This document shows, one piece after another, positions 11,827-21,883 of a stretch of 64,000 nt of DNA. Source of the DNA: Saccostrea cucullata (taxonomy: Eukaryota); contig NW_026939106.1 of assembly GCF_032062105.1 (NCBI RefSeq), positions 1-64,000 on the forward strand, read 5' to 3'. Each line of letters begins with the position of its first letter. Position 1 is the first letter of the stretch. The notes beneath the pieces were generated by a model. That model worked only from the letters and a program-made list of their open reading frames with translations, was not told the DNA's origin and made no database searches. The position numbers were made by a program, and so were the translations under genes.

Positions 11827-12916
11827 TTTGATTTTACCGCACTGTAAAATCTTTACATCTGAGGCCTATCAGATCTTTGTCTATTGTGACGTCATAATGA
11901 ATGACGTAACCATACCTACTCGAATAATATAACAGACTATTTAGTTAATTTCGGACAAAACAAAGGGATATTTTTTTGTTTTTTGTTTTTCAATGCGACT
12001 TTTTTTATTATTCCAAATAGATTCATATAAGATCTCATTTTAAACGGTCATTTTTATATGTATATAAAAATATCTTTAAAAAGTTGTTAAAATAAATAAA
12101 CCTTTCGTTTCCTTTCATTGTAAAATCTTTAAATTAAGACTTCGTATTCTAAATATATTTCAGAAACTTTCTAAAACATTTTCCGGGTAATAATGCAAAA
12201 TTGATTACTTAATTGAGTAAATTTATAAATTAAATAAATAAATAAAATGAATAAAATAAATAAATGAATAAATAAATAAATAAATAAATAAAATTTAAAT
12301 GAATTCGCGTCAACTCAAATTATAATTACTTATTTAGATTTGAATTTAAATTTAACATACCTTATAAATTTAAGGTCATTGAAACTTTGGTCTCTAGCTG
12401 CTCAACTCGTAACTTGACCGTCTCGTGAACACGACATCTAACCCGTAAACAACAAAAAGAATAGAAAGAAAAAGAACAAGATCAGAAAGAAAAGAATAAA
12501 ATATTTCTTTTTGTAGTTTGTTATTCGTAGCCAGCTGAAGCCTTGTCATATTTCTGATTTTTGATGGGGAAGGAATATTTTCTATAGGGCCGGAACGCTT
12601 TTGACGATTAAAAAAATCAAATTGTACGTGTATTAGGGTGGGGATGTGGCTGATAATACGCGTCTTGATAATTTCGAGCAATGCCATATGCACGCAAATA
12701 CTAGATTTTTTTTTTCAATGTTTGGTCTGATAAATCTGAATTCTTTAATCTCTTGATTATTGATAAATATTTAGTTCACGATCACTTTGCCTTGAGATAA
12801 AATGAGATTCCATTCATACATATTTTATTGAAAGGAGATGGAAAACTGTATGGAAACCTTTTTAGAAATACATGTATATGACATTATCTCTTGTTGGTTT
12901 GAATATTCTAAATAAG

Positions 12917-13308
12917 CATTGGCGTCGGAAGCAAATTGAAAGTGGGGGGGGGGGGGCTTAGTGAAAAAAAATTATACACGTACCTGCAAAAAAACCTGAC
13001 AAGCAAAAAAAAAAGGGGGGGGGGGAAATGTCTATTTCCCAAACACGAATATCCTATTTCGTTTGGGAGCGGGGGGGGGGGGGGTGTTAGGTTCGAACTT
13101 CAGTACCAAAATTTTTTTTCCAAACACCACCACTTTCCCCTTCTTTAACCTATATTGCGATGTGTCTGTAGAAAGTGGGAGGGGGGGGGAGGGCTAAACC
13201 TACATCTACATGTACGAAGCAATGTTCAATGTCTATACTAAGTATATTTGGAAAAAAAAAGTGGGGGGGAGGGGGCTAAGCCCCCCACCCCCGGTTCCGA
13301 CGCCTATG
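12917..13308. mobile_element. G-run-rich MITE
   Basis: TIRs CATTGGCGTCGGAA / TTCCGACGCCTATG, with near-identical flanks AAATAAG / AAATTAG. Confidence 0.7.
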
Positions 13309-13890
13309 AAATTAGTTATTTAATGGATGGAAATATATTTTAAATTTTGAAACCAGTGAGTAAAAATAAAGTTAAGCACGTAAACGAGAAGCTGATATCA
13401 ATTAGAACCAATTCTGGTTAATAAAAAAGTAAAAAGGTTTACTGAGAAAACAAAGAAATAAACAAAAAACTTCAGAATTCTCATTCCAGGCAATTATAAG
13501 AGATGTCAAATACAATAAATCGAAAAATTGTGTATGGCTAAGCCACTTCAACCAGTTTAACTTATCATGTTTATTGAATTAAAATTAATTCGACCCGAGA
13601 TAAAAGACATCTGGATCTTACTTAGTTGGAAAAAACTTATAACAATACAATAAATACTTTAAAAGGATTGCTATATTATATTAAAGTATACAATTTTAAA
13701 GACGCGAAGTAAACAGATTCATTTTTTTTTTTTCGGAAATAAATATGGTTTCGCCTTAGGTTTTACAATTTTTTAGATAATCAGTCAAACGTTTTGTATA
13801 AGGGAAGAGCCATCCACTTTCAAAAGGAAGCTAATCTACATTGATCATTTGCCAACAAGTTCGCTGCGAGTGACAGAAATTATCTGGAAA

Positions 13891-16540
13891 ATGGCACTTG
13901 GACTTTATTCACTTATAGAAGCAGTAATATTGTGTTTAAACGCAGTTTGCGTATTGCACGAAGAACGATTTTTGGCAAAAAGTAATGTAACGTTTGTTTT
14001 TATTTTCGAAAATTAATGTATTGGGTGTCAAATAACTGGTAAACACCATAGTCCATCATGAACAATATTTTATACAGTACTGTCCCGTTTTGGATATATT
14101 AAATATCTCAATTGGGAGTAATTTGAATGTATTCAGTGCAAAAATGCAAAATTATATATGGAAAATTTTGTAAATCAGCATAAACATACATACTCAATGT
14201 GGCAACAGGAGTCAAGAATGATATCACATTGACTTGTTCTTGCAAGATATACAGTCCAATTATCAATTGTTAACCTGTTGATAATATCAAGTCATCATAA
14301 AAAGTATGGCAAACAGACCCTAGACAAATGTACATTAGGGTGGACAGATATCATGGTATGCTTTCAATTCAGTATTATTAAAAAAGGAAGGGGTCAGTTT
14401 TTTCTAGGGGGAGTGGGGTCCAATGTCACGTTTAGGGTGAATTCACCATGCATCGGACACCCTTTTACTGCAACAAGTTCTAGTGATATCGCTACCGACG
14501 GAAAATTATCAAAATATATAAATTTTGGACACAGTGATATGCCTTTTATTGAGAAAATATCACCAAAAATCGAGTTTTTAAAAATAACTCGGAATTCACC
14601 ATGGATCGGATATTATTTACAATGCATCAGACAGACGGTATTTTGACCGAAAAAATATCATACCTTAAGCACAGTGCTTTAAAGTCCTTGATATGGATAT
14701 ATTTTTATTTTTTATCTAAGAAATAACCCTCAACTTAAATTTAATTGATGATATGGTTGCACAAATGAAGAACGATTCGAGATAACTCACTCTGCCTTAG
14801 AAATGCTTTAAAATGCTTTTAATGCGGTAATTCGCGCCATTTTCTCATGGTTTATCAGACTCTGGTTTGTAGAAATAAATTGAGTCAAATTCTAGACGTA
14901 ATATATCAATAATGTGTATTTTGACTGAAAATATAGAGTTTTTATTCTCTATTTCCCCAAAAAACAGCTGTCAGTTGGGTTTTGTATAAAAATGGTAGTG
15001 CTTACCTTTGCAACGGAAAGTGACCGATGCATGGTTAATTTGTGTCCGATGTACGGAGAAATGAACATACTAGTGTAAACCAGCTCTAAAAAAAGATTAT
15101 ACAAACATTGAAGAGAAACTTCTTTAAAATTTATGTAAAAATCTTTGAAAAAATTCACCAAAGTCTGACTCCTTAATGTACATTTGTCTTCCGTTGAAGT
15201 CGAATTTAAAAGAACGATAACTCTAAAAATTGCAAAATCATAAATTTTTGGTTATTCCCCTTTGATGATGTAAAATATTACGTAACTTCAAGGCCATTCT
15301 CGGAGTATTTTTATCACAACGTGATAAAAACAATCGGTATCATTAAAATTTTCAAATCTTCAGCTTCAAGACAGAAACAAATAAATACACGGAACTCTTA
15401 AATTGAAAGAGAGTTTATTGCCTAAAGTTGTTCGAAGCAAGGTATGTGTCCGATGCATGGTGAACTCACCCTGCTTGGTTTACTTCATAAATATTAAATA
15501 GGCCTACTTTATAAATATTAAATAACAGGAATACTATAACAATAGAATACTTTTTTTACTTTAAACGTTCATGTATTAAATTTTTAATTCAAGTATTTGA
15601 TTTTTAGTTGGATGGGGATCAGATCAAAGAGGATTTGGTGAAGAGCCTGGAATGAAAACCCAATTATTAAATCTTATTCGATCAATTAGAACCGTCATGA
15701 GATGTAAGTATTTATAGCCATTTGTCAATATAATGTACATGTTGACAACAGATTGAAGAAGTATTAAGGCATTTGTATTTATTGTGAAGAAGTTGATAAT
15801 GGATAACTAGGAGAAAAATGATATTGTGAAAAAATTACCCTATTTTTTTTTCTTAGAAAAATGCAAGGTTAGCAATTAAGCACTAAAGCTAGGTTTCTAA
15901 TTTTAGAAAGAATTAATTGAAAGTAGTGATTTGACAAAATTGTTTAAGGTAGCATTACCATCTTAGCACTTAATGTAATGTTAGCAATATGCAATGTTAG
16001 CAATCTCAATATCTTTTCTAATTATGAATATGCAATGTTAGCAATCTCAGTACCGGTATCTTTTCTAATTATGCCAAAAATGAATCTTCACTAACATCTG
16101 CTTACATGGACTAATGGTATTGAAATTTAAAAACTTCTGGAGAATGCTAAATTCCCATCTGCCCTCCTTCCTTTTTAGTAATGCTGTTAAACAAAATTTT
16201 CTGGAACTCTAAGCTAATTCATTGTCCCATTCAAAATTTTAAAATACAGATCTTTTACACTATTTTACAGATAAATACACTTAGTCCATCTAGGTAACTG
16301 CATCCAGCTAATGCATCTGAAAACACGTTCTTTCAGTTTTCAGTGTACATGGTTTTCAAAGCACTGAAATCCCTCAAAAGGCGTGATCATTTCAATACTT
16401 TACAATCGGAAATTATTTTCAATGTCAGCTAGAGCATCTACAAAATACAAGCACAAGTAATACTTATCTCTTTTTATTTTGCAGTCCCACTCATAGGAAT
16501 AAACATTGTGGTGATAGCACTAAAACTGGTCTTTGGATAA
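13891..16540 (+). CDS. IER3IP1: Immediate early response 3-interacting protein 1 (Yos1 family), 80 aa
   Basis: Exons 13891-13981, 15608-15703 and 16485-16540 translate MALGLYSLIEAVILCLNAVCVLHEERFLAKIGWGSDQRGFGEEPGMKTQLLNLIRSIRTVMRFPLIGINIVVIALKLVFG. This closely matches the IER3IP1 motifs HEERFL, GFGEEPG and LIRSxRTVMR. Confidence 0.95.
14434..15472. mobile_element. ~1-kb non-autonomous DNA transposon in IER3IP1 intron 1
   Basis: TIRs AGGGTGAATTCACCATGCATCGGACAC / GTGTCCGATGCATGGTGAACTCACCCT. Confidence 0.85.
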
Positions 16541-17105
16541 TAACTCACTGTGATCATGACACAACTGTTAAAAATTACTCATCCATCAGGTGTATGGAAG
16601 GAACATTGGACCATACTTATGTGTTTGTTTTGAGAGATGCTGCAGATCATAGTCAGGATTGAGAGTTTTCTACATAGTCAAATGTTGAATATATGGGGAA
16701 TTCCTTTCCAGTGCAGCTTGTGATATTTAATGTGCCTGTGTGAATGTGATGCATTCGGTGTAAAAATTGGTTCGTTTCATGCATTTTTGAACCATTTCTT
16801 ATCCATTATATATGTTATTTATACCATAAACTGCCAAATTAAATGTGAACATTTGTGTTGTATCAGTTAAGAACAGGTTTTAATTTACATGTATATTTTA
16901 CATGAAGTATTAGGTATACAGTGTGGATGTTTAAGGTGCAAAGTGACACTAAATTTTTTAACTTAGTAGATAAATTATTCAGTATAATAAATACTAACTT
17001 AAGACATAACAATAATGTGTATCATTTTTCATTACATTATATAAGAATGGAGTTCCAAGACTAGATTTGGAGATTTTATTAAATTAAGAGGTGTAAAAAT
17101 ATAAA

Positions 17106-17723
17106 TACAGTCAAACTTTATTATCTCAGAGTGCATGGGACTGAGAAAAAACTTCAAGATATCCAATCCAAGGATTCAAGATATCTAGGGTAAAATAATT
17201 AAAGAAATTAGTGTTTGGAACGTCAATATAACTTCAACATATCCATTTTAGGACAATTCTTTTATCCTTGGACTTTCGTGACATTCTTGACTTTACATAA
17301 TTAGGGTCTGATATTTACATAGCCTTCCATTCACGGTTGATATATACATGGGAAAGAAATTCGGGCAAATGTCAACAAGTGTAGCAAGGATTCAATGATA
17401 ATGTTTCGGCAAAGAGGTCTCATTGTTGTCAAGAATAATTTAAAGTTGCTGATATTTTTAATTTTAATTTCTTAACCAATGAGAATCTATGTCGACATTT
17501 GAGAGACGCTAATTACATAGCATTGAGAATGCCATGCCTTACTGAAAGTCCAAGGATGACTTAGAATTGTGCTATTCAAGATCTAAGGGTTCGAGTACTC
17601 CTACAAGTAAGAGCCTCGGTTAACGTCCCTACGCTCCTGTTACGCGGCGCCATGTCAAAAGTATCTTGCGGTGAACCTCTAGCATGCTGGAGTAAGGGTT
17701 CGAGATACTGAAGTTCAACTGTA
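17106..17723. mobile_element. Tc1/mariner-type MITE (TACAGTC...ACTGTA) carrying two nested MITEs
   Basis: TA-flanked CAGTCAAAC/GTTCAACTG ends. Nested element at about 17248-17574 (same family as 38059-38391) and at 17596-17694 (TACTCC..GGAGTA). Confidence 0.75.
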
Positions 17724-18282
17724 TACATAAATAGATTTAACAACAGTAAAATGATTGATTATGTTTTCTGAAACTCATTACACATGATAGTGCAGTTTTT
17801 CTTCCGTTAAAATGTGTATATTTTATGTTTAAAGTTAAAGAGATAAAGAAAGTCTCAGTCAGAAAATTTTCACATATACCAAAGCTAAACCCAGGGATGG
17901 AAAATGTTTCATCCATCTTACAGAAAAAAACGTGGTCTTCTCACATCCAGATTGCTTTTTACACCTCTTCAAGCATGAACTCAAATTGAAAAACCAATGA
18001 TTACGAATAAATTTTGAAATTTGCAACACTTATTTTTTTACTTGCAAAAAATTTTTTTGGTATCAAATGTCACCTTAATAAAATTCACACATAAAACATG
18101 AACTAAATATATCTCTTTCAAACAAATTTTTATTTGCAAAATCACACTGCATTCTCTTCAAATTGAACCCTAGTCATGATTTATGTACAAGTATTTGTTC
18201 TTTTTGAAAATATGTAGTATTATGCTAAAGGATTCAGAATTAATGCACATTATTGTCAAAGGGATCACCTTAATTTTGGATT

Positions 18283-20595
18283 TTAACTCAGCTCAAATAT
18301 TTTCAATACGTTTCTGTTATCATCACCAACGTCGGTCAAAAAGAATTTATTGTGGTTGAAACCAATTGCTGCCGGGTGCTGAATACCCCCGGAAGTCGTC
18401 AGGATGGCACGTGATTGAGAACAGTCAGGGGTGAATTGCACGACATTGGAAGAAGTTTGTCCGCAGATATATACATTTCCCTCAAAGTCAATGTCAACAC
18501 CACGTGCCCAGCGGATATCTTTGTGATGTATTTCTGATTTCACATCAAAATCTTCTCGGAGGATCAAACCACGCTTGTCTCGTGCGGCTGTTGTTTTCTG
18601 CGTCACGTAGATTTCGTTCGTGTACTTGTTGACGGTGATATGAAACGGTCGGTGCTCGAACATTGCTCTTCCGGCGCTGTCTTTCTTTATGGTATCGTTT
18701 ACTGTTCCGTCCAATTCGATAATATTCAAACATGGAAGTGGTTTCTCCATTGGCAGAAGTACAAGCAATTCGTCGTTGAATTTTTCGATTCCGTAACAGA
18801 CTTTGCCAAGAACGATAGAGTTGACCTCATTCATTTGGTCGTCTGCAATGGCGATGGTTGTGATTTCGCGAACGTTCGGTTGGGTTACTGCTACTGTAGC
18901 ATTATCAACTTTGCAAATACCGAAAGGCTCAGATTGCAGAAGGAGTTTTGTTATAAAAACGCCGGTATCTCGGAACATTTTGACGCAGCGATTATGGAAA
19001 TCGCAAACAATTAGGCGTCCGTCGGGCAAGTAGAGACCACTTGTGATGACACAGTCGATATTGTCTGATGGAAGCCTCACAAAGAAACGATGGATTTCCT
19101 TGGCCTTTCTTCCAAACATTGGTTTCATGCTTGAAATAGACTTTGGGATCCCTCGTTTGGCCCTTACAATTTTTATTTCCCCAAATTCCTGTATAACTGT
19201 AGGTAAATCGCGCACCTGTTTGTCCATTTTGAAAGAAAAATCCACATCTTCGGTTTTCTCTGAGGTTTCTATGGCTTTCTGTTTGTAATCCAAAGAGTTG
19301 GACTTCGCTTTCAAAATAGTTGACAGCAACTGCGAATCTCCACCGTAGGTTATGGTAGCTTCAACCATTTTCTTCGAATTCTCAACAGCTGATTGCAATA
19401 TTTTGATTTCCCGCACTTGGTTGTCAATTTTGTCAACTTCCTCTCTGTGGGTCTCATTTAGTTTGTCTAGAAAGTTATTTTGAATATCATCGAGATGGCT
19501 GTTGATCTGTCGCCTGCATTCCTTGATTTTGCTTACGATCTCTTGCTTTCTGTTGGTGATATGAGTGCTCTGTCGCAAATTTTCTTGCACTATATCATCT
19601 AGACTTTGCAGACATTCGCTATACTGCTGAACAACTCTATCCAATTCTTCGGTAGATTTCAGTTCTTTTGCATAATCCTCTGATGTCATCACTCGTAAAC
19701 AACGCCGATGTTCAACTGCAACACACGTTGGACAAGCAAGAACTTGATGGTCGTTGCAAAACAAATTAAGGTTTTCTTTGTGGCGCGTGCATTGCATGTT
19801 TTGACCCTCCCATAGCGTGGTTGGCTCTCTTGTAACCTTAGTTATCGAGACAGGTCCATGGTCAGGAAACATAGCATTGTGAAATGACAAACAGTTTCTA
19901 CAGAGGCAGACTTTACAATGCTTGCACCACATATCGGCCTTGACGCCCTTTTTGTGCTGTCTGTCACAGGGTTCACATGTTTTCTCAGCCTTATCAAAAC
20001 TAACCATGTCCATAACGCTTAAGATGAAATTATTGGTTGGAAACTGCTCGGCCCACATGGAAGCGTCGACAGTTGTATCGGTCGGAATAGCAGTAGTTCG
20101 ACATGTCGGACAAGGAAAACCGCTCCATTTGACTGCCTTATCTTCCTGTATGAATTGGGTGACGTATCGGGATAGACACGACATACAAAACGTGTGCAAG
20201 CAGGGCAAACTTTTGGGATTTCGGAATTTGTTCATACAAATCGAGCACTTGGTTACGCTTTCATGTATGGACTCCCTGTTGCTAGTTGAAGGCAAAGGGT
20301 TCTTTCTGGACACTTTAGGAGCAGTGGTTTCCATATTTTCATTATAATCGGGCTCGCTATTTGAGTCTGAATGCTCGAGATCCTCAGAACTGTCCGTTGC
20401 GGAACGTATTCTTGGACTGTCTATCAGTTCTACCTTCTCTATCAAACCTGTCTCCCGATCTTTCTCATTGCTTTCAGTTAAATGTGGCGATTGCTGATCA
20501 TTCAAGGGTTGCTCTTTTTGATTGTAGTCCTGAGAATAAGTCGCATTGCTCTCTGATATACTAGTATTCACACTTCCTCTATATGAGCGATACAT
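18283..20595 (-). CDS. TRIM E3 ubiquitin ligase-like protein (RING, two B-boxes, coiled coil, NHL/beta-propeller-like C-terminus)
   Basis: RING CSICMNKFRNPKSLPCLHTFCMSC...CPTC. B-box1 CEPC..CKHCKVCLCRNCLSFH. B-box2 CTRHKENLNLFCNDHQVLACPTCVAVEHRRC. Helical region then repeats such as LPDGRLIVCD and GVDIDFEGNVYIC. First ATG at 20595. Acceptor immediately upstream of exon start 20656, with candidate 5' donors after 21579 and 21715. Confidence 0.9.
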   Translation of the reverse strand: MYRSYRGSVNTSISESNATYSQDYNQKEQPLNDQQSPHLTESNEKDRETGLIEKVELIDSPRIRSATDSSEDLEHSDSNSEPDYNENMETTAPKVSRKNPLPSTSNRESIHESVTKCSICMNKFRNPKSLPCLHTFCMSCLSRYVTQFIQEDKAVKWSGFPCPTCRTTAIPTDTTVDASMWAEQFPTNNFILSVMDMVSFDKAEKTCEPCDRQHKKGVKADMWCKHCKVCLCRNCLSFHNAMFPDHGPVSITKVTREPTTLWEGQNMQCTRHKENLNLFCNDHQVLACPTCVAVEHRRCLRVMTSEDYAKELKSTEELDRVVQQYSECLQSLDDIVQENLRQSTHITNRKQEIVSKIKECRRQINSHLDDIQNNFLDKLNETHREEVDKIDNQVREIKILQSAVENSKKMVEATITYGGDSQLLSTILKAKSNSLDYKQKAIETSEKTEDVDFSFKMDKQVRDLPTVIQEFGEIKIVRAKRGIPKSISSMKPMFGRKAKEIHRFFVRLPSDNIDCVITSGLYLPDGRLIVCDFHNRCVKMFRDTGVFITKLLLQSEPFGICKVDNATVAVTQPNVREITTIAIADDQMNEVNSIVLGKVCYGIEKFNDELLVLLPMEKPLPCLNIIELDGTVNDTIKKDSAGRAMFEHRPFHITVNKYTNEIYVTQKTTAARDKRGLILREDFDVKSEIHHKDIRWARGVDIDFEGNVYICGQTSSNVVQFTPDCSQSRAILTTSGGIQHPAAIGFNHNKFFLTDVGDDNRNVLKIFELS

Positions 20596-21714
20596 CAGAA
20601 ATCGACATATTCCCGGGTAGCCACTTTGTGAAATACTACTCGTTGACACTATATTCCTACAAATATAGAACGCTTAAATATATTTTATAATTTTCATGAA
20701 CAGAGACTCTTATAAAGCTGTAATTAGTGAAAGTGACATAGTTAAATTTGCCAATACACAAAATTAAAGTCAACAAAACCAATGCTATGGAATTTCTTTG
20801 GTGTGCATTTAACGGCAGAGCGCTTCCATTGGAGAGAGTTGGCGGTATTATGTACTAAGTTTTATGTGTACTGTTAAATCTCTACGTATGATAAAAAGGT
20901 AATACATTGCTACATGTATATTTTACTTTGGGGGATTTTTTCTCCAGAAATTAAACTAAAAAGCCGTTAACTTCCGTGTTGTTTTTCATTAAGTTTGATA
21001 AAAAATGACATTTTAACACAAAAATTACATTAATTTAAGTTTAAATGCATTGCATGTGAAATCCTCTTTCGTAATCGCATAATTATCTATAGAAGAAAAA
21101 CCTGTGTATTACGGCTTCTAGAGAGGAACATGTACATATAGAGAACATGTCCCCCTCCCCCATTTTTCCGTACTCATGATTTGTGGAAACTAGGGCCTCA
21201 AACGAATTAGTTCAAAAACACATCTATGTCTCATCTATACTAAACTTTGATATGAACAAAAAAAACCCAATAAATTATCAACTTTCTTATATTAACGCCG
21301 TAATTTTTTGCCCTATTATTTTTTTAAATGTAGGTGTCTGTCATGGAGTGATTGCATGTGTCTATTATTTGCGCTGTATAACGCGTTCACTTATTCAAGA
21401 GTTCATTGTAATTTCCTATTTTTATGTTCAAACTAATGTCAAACCTTTGAAATAGAATTAACATTACTGACAATTTTCTCATTTAATCAAACGTCATTGT
21501 ACTCACAACTGACGTCAATAAAAAAAAAAGGAAGTTGAGAAAGGGACGCAACTTTAACAATTCTTGAACGTTTCTCACCTGAGACTGACAGTCACCGCGG
21601 CAAAAATTAGACCAATGGCAACCTGGCAGTTTTGAAAGGAATTTTTATTGATTGGGATTTCAGTTTTCATTGCATGTTGCAATCGATGATCAGCGCCTAG
21701 GTATAACATCTTAC

Positions 21715-21883
21715 CTGAGATATGCAGGGACATTTCGGAACAAGGACCGTAACGGATTTTATCGATAACAATCGCTTGATTGGACTGGAGGTCCTGTAAA
21801 CAACCCTATACCAAATTGATTATCATAAGTCATGGGTCAACTTGTGATCAATAATAGGTGTTTATGTCTAAAGTGAGACGATA
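21715..21883. promoter_or_regulatory. Probable compact bidirectional promoter between the TRIM gene (-) and the Hv-like gene (+)
   Basis: A minus-strand donor (CAG|GTAAG, exon end 21715) and a plus-strand ATG..AG|GTAAG (21883-21900) lie less than 200 bp apart. CCAAT/ATTGG motifs at about 21612, 21651 and 21779. Confidence 0.45.

Noticed and set aside
18545-20564. Several ORFs overlapping the TRIM gene
   Set aside because: Antisense or alternate-frame shadows of a long coding exon with no recognisable motifs.
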